DNA of 64,000 nt, from the NCBI GenBank assembly GCA_003282425.1, contig QBZF01000002.1, forward strand, positions 7,808 through 71,807. Direction: 5' to 3'. A program made the translations under genes and the position numbers. Below the pieces are notes generated by a model. It was not told where the DNA came from and did not search any database. It saw only the letters and a list, made by a program, of their open reading frames with translations. Below are positions 42,205 through 53,611 of this stretch, piece by piece; the first letter of the stretch is position 1; the number at the start of each line of letters is the position of its first letter. Source of the DNA: Prochlorococcus sp. AG-335-A05. Lineage in GTDB: Bacteria; Cyanobacteriota; Cyanobacteriia; PCC-6307; Cyanobiaceae.

Positions 42205-42260
42205 GTGTCGGTACTAAGCATTAAATTTTCTATTAATTGAATTATAAATTAAAAATAAGT

Positions 42261-43478
42261 TTAAGGATCAATCCATTTTCCATCATCTTTAATGAGCCGA
42301 ATTAAAGCATCAACCCCTTCATCCTCAGGTACTCTTCTTATCTCTTCTTTTCTTCTGTAAAGAGCAATTGTACCTTTACCTTTGCCTACATAACCGTAAT
42401 CAGCATCTGCCATTTCTCCTGGGCCATTTACTATACAACCCATTATTGCTATGTCTAAACCAGTCAAATGAGAAGTGGCATTCCTCACTTTATCTACAAC
42501 CTCCTCTAAATTAAAAAGCGTTCTACCACAGCTAGGGCAGCTTATATATTCAACCATTGTTTTTCGCAATCCTAAAGATTGCAAAATTGAATAGCATACT
42601 GGAATCTCCTTTTCAGGAGCTTCAGTTAGAGAAACTCTGATAGTATCTCCAAGACCTTCGGCAAGAAGTGTTCCTATACCTGCAGTACTCTTAATCCTTC
42701 CATAATCACCATCTCCTGCTTCAGTAACACCCAAATGCAAAGGGTAGTTATATCCTTCTGCATCTAATCTATCTGCAATCATTCTATATGCAGCTAACAT
42801 CACTGGTGCTCTTGAGGCTTTCATAGAAATAATGATGTTATGAAAATCAAGCTCATCACATATTTTGACGAATTCCATTGCAGATTCTGTCATCCCTAAA
42901 GGTGTATCTCCATAAGTAAAAAGCATCCTCTCGGATAAAGATCCATGATTAACTCCAATTCTTAAAGCTTTATTCTCCGACTTTAAAACTTTTACAAGTG
43001 GAGTAAATCTTTTAAGAATTGTATTTTTAATTGTCTCAAACTCAGCGTCAGTATACTCAGTCCTTGTAGGATCTGATTTCTCAAAAACAAATAATCCTGG
43101 ATTAATTCTTACTTTATCAACATATTTTGCTACCTCCATTGCAATTCTCATTCCATTGTGATGAACATCTGCGACTAAGGGGGTATCTATATTATTTTTT
43201 TTTAATTTTTCTTTAATATCCCCAACAGCCTTTGCATGAGCTAAGGAAGGAACAGTTAGTCTTACTATTTCGCATCCAACTTCATGAAGTCTTTTAATTG
43301 CTAAATAAGAATTATCCACATCCATAGTATCTTCATTTATCATCGATTGAACTCTTACTGGATAATCACTACCAATTGCGATATTCCCAACCATTACTGT
43401 TCTAGTTATCCTTCTCTCAATATAAGTTGAATATCTCCTTGAGAGACTATTCACCTCTTTTGATTGAGTAAGTGACAT
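42261..43478 (-). CDS. ispG: HMBPP synthase
   Basis: [29 protein letters not shown]. Confidence 0.97.
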   Translation of the reverse strand: MSLTQSKEVNSLSRRYSTYIERRITRTVMVGNIAIGSDYPVRVQSMINEDTMDVDNSYLAIKRLHEVGCEIVRLTVPSLAHAKAVGDIKEKLKKNNIDTPLVADVHHNGMRIAMEVAKYVDKVRINPGLFVFEKSDPTRTEYTDAEFETIKNTILKRFTPLVKVLKSENKALRIGVNHGSLSERMLFTYGDTPLGMTESAMEFVKICDELDFHNIIISMKASRAPVMLAAYRMIADRLDAEGYNYPLHLGVTEAGDGDYGRIKSTAGIGTLLAEGLGDTIRVSLTEAPEKEIPVCYSILQSLGLRKTMVEYISCPSCGRTLFNLEEVVDKVRNATSHLTGLDIAIMGCIVNGPGEMADADYGYVGKGKGTIALYRRKEEIRRVPEDEGVDALIRLIKDDGKWIDP

Positions 43479-43511
43479 TAAATTCTAGAAATTCAAAAAA
43501 CCTTAATTAAA

Positions 43512-44057
43512 TTATAAAGCATATAGTTTACTACTAACATTCTTAAGGTCTTTTAAAGTTAGATCATATGGTTTTTCAACCTCTTTTGAAGAGAATCTCA
43601 ACAAATAAGATGGGTGAAAAATAGTAATAATTTCTCTCCCACCTTTCTTAAACCATTTTCCTCTTGTTTTAGAAATTGGATTCTTTATTTCCAAAATAGT
43701 TCTCATAGCAGTCGAACCGGTTAAAATAATAAATTTTGGATCTACTAGTTTAATTTGCTGCATTAACCATGGTTTATGAATATTTATTTCTTTATTAGTT
43801 GGTTTTCTATTGTTTGGAGGACGGCATTTAATTACATTGCAAAAATATACATCCTTTTCTAAATCAATTCCTGCTTCTATTAATAGGTCATCCAACAATT
43901 TCCCTGATCTACCAACATAAGGCTCTCCCTCTAAGTCTTCTTGAGCACCAGGTGCTTCCCCAATAATTAATAAATTTGCAAATACATTACCTCTACTAAT
44001 GACTAATCTTTTCAAAGCAAATTTAAGTTCAAAGCTTATAAATAATATTAAAACCAA
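43512..44057 (-). CDS. Uracil-DNA glycosylase, family 4-like (start uncertain)
   Basis: GEAPG, KCRPPNNR, HPSYLLR. Confidence 0.9.
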   Translation of the reverse strand: MVLILFISFELKFALKRLVISRGNVFANLLIIGEAPGAQEDLEGEPYVGRSGKLLDDLLIEAGIDLEKDVYFCNVIKCRPPNNRKPTNKEINIHKPWLMQQIKLVDPKFIILTGSTAMRTILEIKNPISKTRGKWFKKGGREIITIFHPSYLLRFSSKEVEKPYDLTLKDLKNVSSKLYAL

Positions 44058-44247
44058 AAATGATACAAAAAATAATAATAACTATATAATTCTTCACTCC
44101 AAATTTTAATTTTCATAAAAGATAATACGAAAATAAATTAAATTAAGAAAATGAACCAAATTAAACCAATCTGTGATACTTTTACTTATTCTTAATCTAT
44201 TAATAAAATAAATTTTTAAAAGTTATATTTAAAGAACTTAAGATCAA

Positions 44248-45432
44248 ATGAGTGAAGTAAATTTATCAAAAAGAGCACTCTCTATTGAGCCTTCACTTAC
44301 TCTGCAGATAAGTGCTAAAGCTAATCAACTTGCAAAAGAGGGAAAAGACATATGTAATTTAAGTGCAGGAGAACCAGACTTTGATGCTCCCAATGAAATA
44401 TTAAAAGCAACAAGTGAGGCTATATTTGATGGATATACAAAATATGGTCCTGCCTCAGGAGATTTAGAACTTAGAAAAGCTATTGCTGAAAAACTTCAAA
44501 CCCAAAACAATTTAAATGTTGAATATGAAAATGTAATGGTAACAAATGGAGCAAAACAGGCAATTTATAATCTTTTCCAGGTTTTATTGAATGATGGGGA
44601 CGAAGTGATTATACCTTCTCCTTATTGGTTAAGCTATCCTCAGATGGTTAGATTGGCAGGGGGAAAGCCTGTCTTCCTAAATTCTTCGGCTGAAGATGGA
44701 TTCAAAATAAATATACAAGATTTGAAATCTAAGATATCTCCAAATACGAAATTTATAATTATTAATTCGCCCAACAATCCAACTGGTAGAGTAATGTCAA
44801 AAGAGGAGTTGTTACAAATAGCAGAAGTATTAAGAGAAAATAAAAATATTAATATTCTTTCAGATGAAATTTACGAATTAATTCTTAAAAAAGAATTTAA
44901 GCATTATAGTTTAGCTTCGCTAGCACCTGACCTAAAAGAAAGAATTTTTATAATTAATGGTTTTGCTAAAGGTTGGGCAATGACTGGCTGGAGAGTGGGT
45001 TATTTAGTAGGACAAAAAGATGTTATTAAAGCATCATCAGCATTACAAAGTCAAAGTACAAGTAATGTTTGTTCTTTCGTTCAAAGAGGTGCTTTCGAGG
45101 CTTTAAAAATAAACCAAGAATTTTTCTTGAAAATCAATAGCCATTATGATCTAAGAAGAGAAGCCCTTTATAAAGGTCTAAAAAATATAGAAGGATTATT
45201 TTTATACCCACCTGATGGAGCTTTTTATGCATTTCCTAGATTACCTAACAATTCCATTACCTCAGTAGAGTTTTGCAAAAAAATTCTTAATGATTATGGT
45301 TTAGTGGTCGTGCCTGGAAAACCTTTTGGAGATGATCAATGTTTTAGAATATCTTGTGCTTCTTCAAAAGAAAAAATTCTTGATGGTTTATCAAGATTAG
45401 AAAAAGCCATTTCAAATTATTACTTTAAATGA
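44248..45432 (+). CDS. aspC: Aspartate aminotransferase (class I/II PLP)
   Basis: GEPDF, NSPNNPTG, SDEIY, AKGWAMTGWRVG. Confidence 0.9.
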   Translation: MSEVNLSKRALSIEPSLTLQISAKANQLAKEGKDICNLSAGEPDFDAPNEILKATSEAIFDGYTKYGPASGDLELRKAIAEKLQTQNNLNVEYENVMVTNGAKQAIYNLFQVLLNDGDEVIIPSPYWLSYPQMVRLAGGKPVFLNSSAEDGFKINIQDLKSKISPNTKFIIINSPNNPTGRVMSKEELLQIAEVLRENKNINILSDEIYELILKKEFKHYSLASLAPDLKERIFIINGFAKGWAMTGWRVGYLVGQKDVIKASSALQSQSTSNVCSFVQRGAFEALKINQEFFLKINSHYDLRREALYKGLKNIEGLFLYPPDGAFYAFPRLPNNSITSVEFCKKILNDYGLVVVPGKPFGDDQCFRISCASSKEKILDGLSRLEKAISNYYFK

Positions 45433-46334
45433 ATAAAATTTTTTATAATTTCAAAAAGATCGCGATAACCTCTGCACTTTTTTTTTCAACTCTCTATTCA
45501 CCGTTAAATGCAAATCCAAAAACTTTAAAGATCGGGGCAATTCCCGATCAAAATCAAGACTTGTTAGACAAAAGATTTAATTTGTTTTCAAATGAATTAT
45601 CCAAGAGTCTAAATGTAAAGGTAAAGTATATTCCCGTTATCAATTATGTTGCTGCGGTTACTGGATTTAGAACAAATGATTTAGATTTAGTATGGTTTGG
45701 TGGTTTATCCGGAGTTCAGGCAAGATTACAAACCTCTAATGCAATTGTGATTGCTCAACGAGATATTGATAAAGAATTTAAAAGCGTTTTTATTGTGAAT
45801 AAGAAATTAAAACTTGATTCAATTTCAAATAAAAATGGACTTAAAAAGCTCAAGAATCTAAAATTTACTTTTGGTTCTGAAAATTCAACATCTGGAAGGT
45901 TAATGCCAGAATATTTCCTTAATAGTGCTGGAATAAAAATAAAAGACTTTAAAGGAAAAAGAGCGGGCTTTAGCGGTAGTCATGATGCAACTATCGCTTT
46001 AGTTAATAGTGGAGCCTTTGATGGAGGAGCTTTAAATAAACAAGTGTGGGAAAATAATCTTAAAAATAATCCTAAAAGAACAAATAATGTAAATCTTTTT
46101 TGGATAACTCCTGATTATGTTGACTATCATTGGCTTGCTCAAGGAAATCTTGACAGTAGATTTCGAAAAGGTTTTACTAAAGAACTTAAATCTACAATTC
46201 TTAATTTAGATATTAAAAATACAGAACATAAAAAGATATTAAATATGTTCAACGCAAAAAAATTTATAGAAGCAGAATCTAGTGATTATAAAAATATTGA
46301 AGCAATCGCGAGAAAATTAAAAAAAATCAGATGA
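45429..46334 (+). CDS. phnD: PhnD-family (phosphite/phosphonate/selenate) substrate-binding protein
   Basis: AIPDQ, STSGRLMP, GSHDAT. Confidence 0.88.
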   Translation: MNKIFYNFKKIAITSALFFSTLYSPLNANPKTLKIGAIPDQNQDLLDKRFNLFSNELSKSLNVKVKYIPVINYVAAVTGFRTNDLDLVWFGGLSGVQARLQTSNAIVIAQRDIDKEFKSVFIVNKKLKLDSISNKNGLKKLKNLKFTFGSENSTSGRLMPEYFLNSAGIKIKDFKGKRAGFSGSHDATIALVNSGAFDGGALNKQVWENNLKNNPKRTNNVNLFWITPDYVDYHWLAQGNLDSRFRKGFTKELKSTILNLDIKNTEHKKILNMFNAKKFIEAESSDYKNIEAIARKLKKIR

Positions 46335-47068
46335 ATAGTCCTCTTCTCGAATTAAAGGAGGTAAGCTACAAAAATAAAAATAATTTCACCCTTAACAAGG
46401 TAAGCTTACGAATTAAATCGGGTGAAAAAATTGCCTTATTAGGCAAAAGTGGTGCGGGTAAAACTACTCTCATATCTATTCTTAACGGAACACTCAGGCC
46501 TAACAGAGGAAGCGTCAAATTATTTAATACAGAATTTGATAAATTAAACTTATATCAAAAGAGTAAGATCTCAACTATCTGGCAAGATTTAAGATTAATA
46601 GAAGATCTATCAGCAGAACAAAATGTTAATTGTGGACTTCTTGGAAAACAAAGTTTCCTATTTGCTTTTAAAAATTTACTAAATATAAGTTCTTTTAATA
46701 AAGCTCACCAATATATGCAAGTTTGTAATCTTAAGAAATCTATTTTTTCCAAAAATATTAGAAAAATATCTGGAGGGCAAAAACAAAGAGTCGCTATTGC
46801 AAGATCATTAATTCAAGAGTCAGATATCCTACTTGCTGATGAGCCTTTTAATAATTTAGATCCAAAACTAGCTTCTAATATTAAAAATCTATTGTTAATT
46901 ACTAAAAATAAAAATAAAATAAAAGTTCCTTGCACTACTTTAATTTCTTTGCATAGATTAGATTTATTAGATGGTTTTAATAGAATTATTGGCATGAAAA
47001 ATGGTGAAATTTTATTTGATTTAGAAAATACTAAATTAAAAAAATTTCATTTAAACAAGATTTATTAG
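46331..47068 (+). CDS. phnC: PhnC-family ABC ATPase
   Basis: GKSGAGKT, SGGQKQRVAIAR, LADEP. Confidence 0.88.
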   Translation: MNSPLLELKEVSYKNKNNFTLNKVSLRIKSGEKIALLGKSGAGKTTLISILNGTLRPNRGSVKLFNTEFDKLNLYQKSKISTIWQDLRLIEDLSAEQNVNCGLLGKQSFLFAFKNLLNISSFNKAHQYMQVCNLKKSIFSKNIRKISGGQKQRVAIARSLIQESDILLADEPFNNLDPKLASNIKNLLLITKNKNKIKVPCTTLISLHRLDLLDGFNRIIGMKNGEILFDLENTKLKKFHLNKIY

Positions 47069-47072
47069 ATAA

Positions 47073-48575
47073 TTGAATAAATTAAAATTAAATCCTTCTT
47101 TAATAACTTTTCTACCAATACTAGTTTGCATACCTTTAGCCTATGAACTATCTATAAATTTTCATATTGGAGGAATTGAATTATTTAAAGAATTTATTAT
47201 TTCTGCTTTAAATCCAAAAATCAATAATGAAATCATTTTCTCATTAGTAAAAAGATTAAATGAAACTATTTTTATTGCATTTTCTAGTTGGATAGTAAGT
47301 ATTATATTTGGGGTTATTCTTGGAATATTATCTTCAGAAATTTTTTATAAAATATTAAATTTACCTATACTTTTAAAGAAATTTTTAAATTTATTTTTAA
47401 CTTTTATAAGATCCATACATGAAATAATTTGGGGACTTATATTAATGCAAATATATGGTATTAATTTTTCAATTGGGATAATAGCTATTTGTATTCCTTA
47501 TGTTGCGATAAATGCAAAAGTTTTTAGTGAGCAAATAGAAAATATTAATCTTAAAACTATTGAATCAATTAACCAAATTAATGGTATTAAATCTTCCACC
47601 TTAATAACATTACTTTGGTCTCCAGTGATAGAAACCTTACAAAATTTTGGGTTATACCGTTTGGAATGTGCCATAAGAAGTACAGCAGTTTTGGGATTGT
47701 TTGGAGTTGGGGGAATAGGTACAAGTATATTTTTATCCTTTCAAACTTTGAATTTCCAAGAGCTATGGACTTATCTTTGGGGTTTAGCTTTTTTAATTAT
47801 TATCTCAAAAGAACTATTAAAAAAATTTAACCTCTCTAAAACTTCTAAGAAATTTTTGACCTCTTTTGTAATAGCTTTATTTTGTATTAGTTTATTTTCT
47901 TTATCTTTTTTTGTTTATTTTATATTTAATAAAAATACAATACCTTTTAATTCAATCAAAAATCTTTTGATATTAAACTTTAATTTTTTTTCATACGATT
48001 TTTTAAAGCTATTATTAGAAACAATAGTTTTATGTCTTTTATCTACTGGAATAGCTATAAGTTTTCCTCCCATTTTTATATTGATTTTAAATAATAAAAT
48101 AGGAATTACAATTATCAGAATAATCTCATTTTTATTTCGTTTAATCCCACCGCCTGTATTAATTCTAATACTCTTAATGTTTAATGATCCTTCAATATCT
48201 TTAGCAGCAATAACATTAGGATTACATAATGCAGCTATAACAAGCAAATTGCTTTTGGCGAATTTACATAACCAAGATAATAAACAATATATTGCGATGA
48301 AATCATTAGGAGTAGCAAAGAGGTCTAGTTGGCTTTTCGGATTATTTGTTAAACAAGCCAATAGTTACTTAGCATATTGTGCATATAGATCCGATATTAT
48401 AATTAGAGAAACAGCCATTTTGGGAGTAATTGGAAGTGTTGGTTTAGGTTGGCAACTTCAAGAATCATTGAGTTCATTTGTATGGGAAGAAGTCATAGTG
48501 ATTTTGTTTGCCTATAGCTCAATTGCAATAATTGGAGAATTAATAAATGGTAAAATCAAAAGTAATCTAACTTGA
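47073..48575 (+). CDS. phnE: PhnE-family permease, duplicated domain
   Basis: Two repeats YRLECAIRSTAVLG and YRSDIIIRETAILG. Confidence 0.88.
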   Translation: MNKLKLNPSLITFLPILVCIPLAYELSINFHIGGIELFKEFIISALNPKINNEIIFSLVKRLNETIFIAFSSWIVSIIFGVILGILSSEIFYKILNLPILLKKFLNLFLTFIRSIHEIIWGLILMQIYGINFSIGIIAICIPYVAINAKVFSEQIENINLKTIESINQINGIKSSTLITLLWSPVIETLQNFGLYRLECAIRSTAVLGLFGVGGIGTSIFLSFQTLNFQELWTYLWGLAFLIIISKELLKKFNLSKTSKKFLTSFVIALFCISLFSLSFFVYFIFNKNTIPFNSIKNLLILNFNFFSYDFLKLLLETIVLCLLSTGIAISFPPIFILILNNKIGITIIRIISFLFRLIPPPVLILILLMFNDPSISLAAITLGLHNAAITSKLLLANLHNQDNKQYIAMKSLGVAKRSSWLFGLFVKQANSYLAYCAYRSDIIIRETAILGVIGSVGLGWQLQESLSSFVWEEVIVILFAYSSIAIIGELINGKIKSNLT

Positions 48576-48625
48576 TTACTAATAAAAATCTTCTCAAATC
48601 AAGTGAAATAATTTAAAGGAAATTA

Positions 48626-49270
48626 GTGCCTGTTTTACCAAAACAATTGGTTGTAATTGGAGATAGTTCAGTATATGGATGGGGGGATACTGAAGGAGGG
48701 GGATGGTGCGAAAGGCTAAGAAAAGATTGGTCTAAATTTCATAATTTTCCAATTATTTATCCACTAGGGGTAAGAGGAGATGGAATTGAAAAGGTTTCTT
48801 TACGTTGGGAAAAAGAATGGTCATCAAGAGGAGAAACGAGAAGAAATAAACCCAAAGCTATCCTCTTAAATGTGGGTCTTAATGATACTCCAACAATTGG
48901 ACAAAAAAATGGGCGGCACCAATTAGAGATAAATGGATTCGAGTACGGATTAGAAAGATTAATTTTTGAAATAAAGTCCCAAACCCAGGTTTTTGTAATT
49001 GGGCTGACCCCAGTTGATGAAAACAAAATGCCATTTGCTGGATGTTTATGGTATTCAAATGATTTCTGTCATTCTTATGAGAGAAGAATGGAAGAAGTCT
49101 GTATAAATCAAAATGTCCCTTTTCTGCCAACTTTTAGAGAAATGTACTCAGATAGTAGAAGTAAGAATTGGATCGCAGAGGATGGTATACACTTAAATGC
49201 GCATGGACATCTTTGGATTTATCAACGTCTTAAAAGTTGGGATATTCTTAATAAATGGAAGGAATCTTAA
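48626..49270 (+). CDS. GDSL/SGNH hydrolase
   Basis: GDS, GLND, DGIH. Confidence 0.9.
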   Translation: MPVLPKQLVVIGDSSVYGWGDTEGGGWCERLRKDWSKFHNFPIIYPLGVRGDGIEKVSLRWEKEWSSRGETRRNKPKAILLNVGLNDTPTIGQKNGRHQLEINGFEYGLERLIFEIKSQTQVFVIGLTPVDENKMPFAGCLWYSNDFCHSYERRMEEVCINQNVPFLPTFREMYSDSRSKNWIAEDGIHLNAHGHLWIYQRLKSWDILNKWKES

Positions 49271-49287
49271 TTTTGATAAAAGGTAAT

Positions 49288-50031
49288 TTAATTAGAAATT
49301 TTGAGATAAAAAATTAGAACAAAAATAGCAATTATAGAAGAAATACTTGTTTGAATAGAGTTTACCAATTCATTACTTAATTTATATTTGTCTTGAAATT
49401 TAGCTCCAATAAAACTTTCAGAAATTGTTGCTAAAAAACCAGAAATTGCAACTATCAAAAATTGATATTTTGTTGAGATAATATTTAAAATTAACATTAT
49501 TAATGACATAAATATTGCACCTAAGGCGCTTGCTACTGTGCCTTCTAAACTAATTCCTCCTTCCGTTCCTCTTTCAACTTTTCTAAATGAAGTAATTAGA
49601 TATGTATTTCTACCAAATCTTTTTCCTATTTCACTACCAAAAGTATCAGCCAACTTTGCAGCAAAACTTGCAGCAAAACCAATTTTGTAAAAGACTAAAT
49701 TAGTAAAATTCAATTTAACCATTATTGCAAAAAACAATCCTGTTACAGCCGAACCCCAAACATTTTCAGGACCTCTTTTACCACCTCTTTTTTCAGCTAT
49801 CCCTTTTTCGTTTTTAAATTTATAACCAATTTTTGTCACAAGAGATCCAAGGAATAAATATATTACAACAGAGCTCCAACCTTGCCATGACAAACATCCC
49901 CACAAAATAGATCCTAATATCCCAGCACTCATCCACCCCCCTTTTGTCATCAATGGGACTCTAAAAAACAAAGAAATTAAAATAAGATTAATTAAAAAAC
50001 CAAATAAAAAATCATTAGAAATTAAATTCAT
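49288..50031 (-). CDS. DUF92/TIGR00297 membrane protein
   Basis: RGPENVWGS, ADTFGSEIG, GTEGGISLEG. Confidence 0.9.
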   Translation of the reverse strand: MNLISNDFLFGFLINLILISLFFRVPLMTKGGWMSAGILGSILWGCLSWQGWSSVVIYLFLGSLVTKIGYKFKNEKGIAEKRGGKRGPENVWGSAVTGLFFAIMVKLNFTNLVFYKIGFAASFAAKLADTFGSEIGKRFGRNTYLITSFRKVERGTEGGISLEGTVASALGAIFMSLIMLILNIISTKYQFLIVAISGFLATISESFIGAKFQDKYKLSNELVNSIQTSISSIIAIFVLIFYLKISN

Positions 50032-50035
50032 TTTT

Positions 50036-50821
50036 TTAAAGAATTAATTTAAGATTATTACGCCATTGACTAAGAATTGAAGTTACATTAACAGTAGCTG
50101 TTGAAGTTCTTAAAATGCTTTCTGAAAGTTTAACAAAAGCAATTTTATTTTTTATAAAAAATTCAATTTCACCTTGGGACCAGCCTCCTTCCGGTCCAAT
50201 TACATTCCATAAAACTCCTCCTTTTTTATCCAAAACACTTTGCTTTTTTTTTAACCAATGGTTTAAATTATCAGAACTATTATCTCTTGTAACAGATACT
50301 GAAATAATATCTTTATTTTCTATCGAATTTATCCAGTCAAATAAATTAATATAACTCAAAATAGATGGTCTCCATAATCTCTCACATTGTTCAACAGCTT
50401 CATTAACAATTGAATCCCATCTTATAAGTTTATTTGAGAAGTTAGTATACTTCTTAACTTGTCTATCTGAATACAAAGGTTGTATAAAATCAATTCCTAT
50501 TTCAGTACACATTTTTAGAATATCTTCAAAACCATTTTTAGGAATAACCACAGCTATTCCTAATAAAATTTTTTCTTTTTCTTGAAATAAATAAGGAATA
50601 TTAATATTGTTTATCTTTATATAATTGTCCTCTAAGTTTATAGCTTTCCATAATGAACCTTCGCCATTAGTTATAAATATTTCTTTACCAATTTTTATTC
50701 GCATTACATTATTTATGTAACGCGCTTCATTATTTGTAAGTTTTAAATTATTGTTCTTATTATTAATTATTCTTTCATTCTGTATAAATAATCTTGTTAA
50801 ATCATCCATATATAAAATCAA
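50036..50821 (-). CDS. rsmE: 16S rRNA m3U1498 methyltransferase
   Basis: TEIG, EAVEQC, IGPEGG, ILRTSTA. Confidence 0.92.
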   Translation of the reverse strand: MILYMDDLTRLFIQNERIINNKNNNLKLTNNEARYINNVMRIKIGKEIFITNGEGSLWKAINLEDNYIKINNINIPYLFQEKEKILLGIAVVIPKNGFEDILKMCTEIGIDFIQPLYSDRQVKKYTNFSNKLIRWDSIVNEAVEQCERLWRPSILSYINLFDWINSIENKDIISVSVTRDNSSDNLNHWLKKKQSVLDKKGGVLWNVIGPEGGWSQGEIEFFIKNKIAFVKLSESILRTSTATVNVTSILSQWRNNLKLIL

Positions 50822-51261
50822 TTTTTAAAAACCAAATCTTCATGTTCCTCAATCGACCAATCACTATTTTCTCCCCCAATTATTAATTCATCAATTTTTA
50901 CATAATTATTAGATATCTCATTTAACGTATTTATTAAAATATCGATAGAAAGTGAGTCTGAAGTTCCAAAATCAACCCAACTTCTTGACCATAAATTTTG
51001 ATATTCCATAACACCTAAATTATGCATCAAGGCAGGAAGGGCAGATTCTTTTTGCTCATTATCGTATGACATCCAACTCAAATCAGAACCCTCTTCATGA
51101 GTTTGTAAATTTTCAGAATTAAAACCACCTAACCTACCTAAAACATACCAACTATCAAAAACTCCATCTAAGTAGTTTTTTTCTGCTTCAGTAGGTATTT
51201 CAAAGAATTTTATCCAAATCCAACAATTAAAAGGATCAACTTCTCTAAATGCAATATTCAT
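50818..51261 (-). CDS. DUF3531 family protein
   Basis: SWYVLGRLGGFN, VDFGTSD. Confidence 0.85.
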   Translation of the reverse strand: MNIAFREVDPFNCWIWIKFFEIPTEAEKNYLDGVFDSWYVLGRLGGFNSENLQTHEEGSDLSWMSYDNEQKESALPALMHNLGVMEYQNLWSRSWVDFGTSDSLSIDILINTLNEISNNYVKIDELIIGGENSDWSIEEHEDLVFKN

Positions 51262-51299
51262 TTTTACTGTTATTTTTTTAGATCTATAGTTATTATAAG

Positions 51300-51992
51300 T
51301 TGATAATTCAAAGTTTAATTTTTATACCTACAACTAAATTAATAATGCTTGATTTAAAAGATATTACTTATCAACCGCAAACAGGTAATAAAAAAATATT
51401 AGATGATATTAGTTTCAATCTTCATGAAAATGAAATTATATTAATTTGTGGCAAAAGTGGTTCAGGGAAAACTACTCTATTGGAAATAATAAGTGGACTT
51501 ATTACCCCTCAGAAAGGAAAGATTACTTGGAAAAATAAAAATATCACTGCTAGGCAAAGAAGATGGATAAGTGGAGTAGTATTCCAATTCCCAGAAAGAT
51601 ACTTTTTAGGAACAACCATTGGCAAAGAATTAAAAATTGGTTATAAATCATTAAGAGAAAAAAATATAGAACAAGTTTTAAAAAAAGTTGGGCTATCAGA
51701 TATAAATCTTACTCAACCTCCTGAGAAATTAAGTGGTGGTCAACAGAGAAGATTAGCTGTAGCAGTTCAACTAATGAGAAATCCAACTATTCTTTTACTT
51801 GACGAACCAACTGCTGGGCTTGATTGGTCAATGAAAAATGATGTTAAGAATTTAGTTCTCAATCTCAAAAATAAAAATACAATAATTATTGTTACTCATG
51901 AACCCTTATTATTTGAGGGGATACCGTCTAAGATATTAGTCCTTGAGCAAGGAAAGATTAAGGAATTAACGAAAGGAAATTATGGGGGATAA
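51300..51992 (+). CDS. ABC transporter ATP-binding protein (probable start MLDLK)
   Basis: [30 protein letters not shown]. Confidence 0.9.
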   Translation: MIIQSLIFIPTTKLIMLDLKDITYQPQTGNKKILDDISFNLHENEIILICGKSGSGKTTLLEIISGLITPQKGKITWKNKNITARQRRWISGVVFQFPERYFLGTTIGKELKIGYKSLREKNIEQVLKKVGLSDINLTQPPEKLSGGQQRRLAVAVQLMRNPTILLLDEPTAGLDWSMKNDVKNLVLNLKNKNTIIIVTHEPLLFEGIPSKILVLEQGKIKELTKGNYGG

Positions 51993-52884
51993 AATTGTAC
52001 GCGCAACTGCGGCTAATGGTGGAATAAGGTTAGTTGCGGTATTGACAACAGATGCATCAATGGAAGCAAAAGAAAGGCATGGATTGTCATATCTAACTAC
52101 CTCTATACTGGGGAGAGCTTTCAGCGCCTCTCTTCTTTTAGCAAGTTCGATGAAAGTAATGCATGGGCGAGTCACTTTAAGAGTAAGATCTGATGGCCCT
52201 TTAAAGGGATTACTTGTGGATGCGGGCAGAGATGGGAAAATTAGAGGTTATGTAGGCAATCCTAATTTGGAATTAGATCTAGTCAAAAACAAGTCAAATC
52301 AATATTCTTTTGATTTCACGAAAGCATTAGGGACAGGCTATTTAAATGTTATTCGGGATAATGGTTTTGGAGAACCTTTTACAAGCACTGTTGAGTTAGT
52401 TAATGGAAATATTGCTGAAGATTTAGCATCTTATTTATATCATTCTGAGCAGACTCCTTCTGCTGTATTTATAGGGGAAAAGATTCAAAATAAAAATATT
52501 ATTTCTAGCGGAGGATTATTAGCTCAAGTTTTGCCAAAGAAAGAAACTGATCCATTATTAGTCTCCCTACTTGAAGAAAGATGTAAAGAAATTAATTCTT
52601 TTAGCGAAGACTTATTTAAATCAAAAGATAATCTTCTTTCACTAATAAAAAATATATTTCCAGATATTGATGATAAATCAATTTCCGAGAAAGCTCGAAC
52701 TCAAGAAGTTAGATTTGAATGTAGGTGCTCTAGACAAAGAAGTTTAAATGCAATGAAAATTCTTGATAAAAACGAGTTAGAAGATATTTTAATTAAAGAA
52801 GGAAAAGCCGAATTAGTTTGCGAATTTTGCAAGAATAAATATCTAATAAATTCTGAAGAGATTAAAGAGATGATTAAAAATTAA
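51982..52884 (+). CDS. hslO: Hsp33 redox-regulated chaperone
   Basis: SEQTPS, CRCS..CEFC zinc motif. Confidence 0.95.
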   Translation: MGDKIVRATAANGGIRLVAVLTTDASMEAKERHGLSYLTTSILGRAFSASLLLASSMKVMHGRVTLRVRSDGPLKGLLVDAGRDGKIRGYVGNPNLELDLVKNKSNQYSFDFTKALGTGYLNVIRDNGFGEPFTSTVELVNGNIAEDLASYLYHSEQTPSAVFIGEKIQNKNIISSGGLLAQVLPKKETDPLLVSLLEERCKEINSFSEDLFKSKDNLLSLIKNIFPDIDDKSISEKARTQEVRFECRCSRQRSLNAMKILDKNELEDILIKEGKAELVCEFCKNKYLINSEEIKEMIKN

Positions 52885-52885
52885 T

Positions 52886-53584
52886 TTAAAGAAAAATTAC
52901 TCCTACCCACAAAATTATCATTGCTGGTAAACTTTGAATTTTTTGAATTGATAAAGAGTTATTAGATATTTCCTGAATAAATGAGTTAGTTTCAAATAAA
53001 CCTCCAAATATTAATCCTATTGAAAGAAATGTCACACTCCATCCAAGAGAACTAATAAACTTTTTACCTGATTTAATTTGAATATAAGTAAGGATTAAAG
53101 TTGAAATAGAAAGCAGAAGTCTGTTGTAAGAATCAGGACTAATTAAAAGTATTATCAAAAATAATAATCCAACAGATAACTTGATTGAAAGATTATCAAA
53201 AGATGGAGGGGTTATTTGGGGAAGGCTATATTCGTTTGACTTATTAACATTATTATTCAAATTTTTTATTTTTGATAAAAGCGGGAAATCATTATTAATG
53301 AGTTTATTAATTTGTTTCTCTTTCTTAGAAGCATTTTGAGCTTCGAAACTAACATTCCCTGACTGCCTTGCTTTCAAACTACCCATTAATAATTGATCAA
53401 AAGATGATTCTATTTTTGCCTTAAGTAGTAGATCTTCACCTGCCTCTTTAACTTTAAGATCTCTTGCTTTTTGTATATCTTCAAAATCGGCACCTTCGTC
53501 AACACCTAATATTTCATAGGGATTTTTATCGGGATTATTTTTGCTTTTATTTGAATCCAATTGATTTTTACAATGACTATACAT
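52886..53584 (-). CDS. CPP1-like J-domain membrane protein
   Basis: NPYEILGVDEGADFEDIQKAR; C-terminal TMs. Confidence 0.82.
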   Translation of the reverse strand: MYSHCKNQLDSNKSKNNPDKNPYEILGVDEGADFEDIQKARDLKVKEAGEDLLLKAKIESSFDQLLMGSLKARQSGNVSFEAQNASKKEKQINKLINNDFPLLSKIKNLNNNVNKSNEYSLPQITPPSFDNLSIKLSVGLLFLIILLISPDSYNRLLLSISTLILTYIQIKSGKKFISSLGWSVTFLSIGLIFGGLFETNSFIQEISNNSLSIQKIQSLPAMIILWVGVIFL

Positions 53585-53611
53585 TAACCAATTTTATTAT
53601 CCAATAGGACT

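Noticed and set aside
45429-48575. phnDCE as a phosphonate catabolism system
   Set aside because: No C-P lyase, phnYZ or ptxD nearby; this is the ordinary core transporter locus
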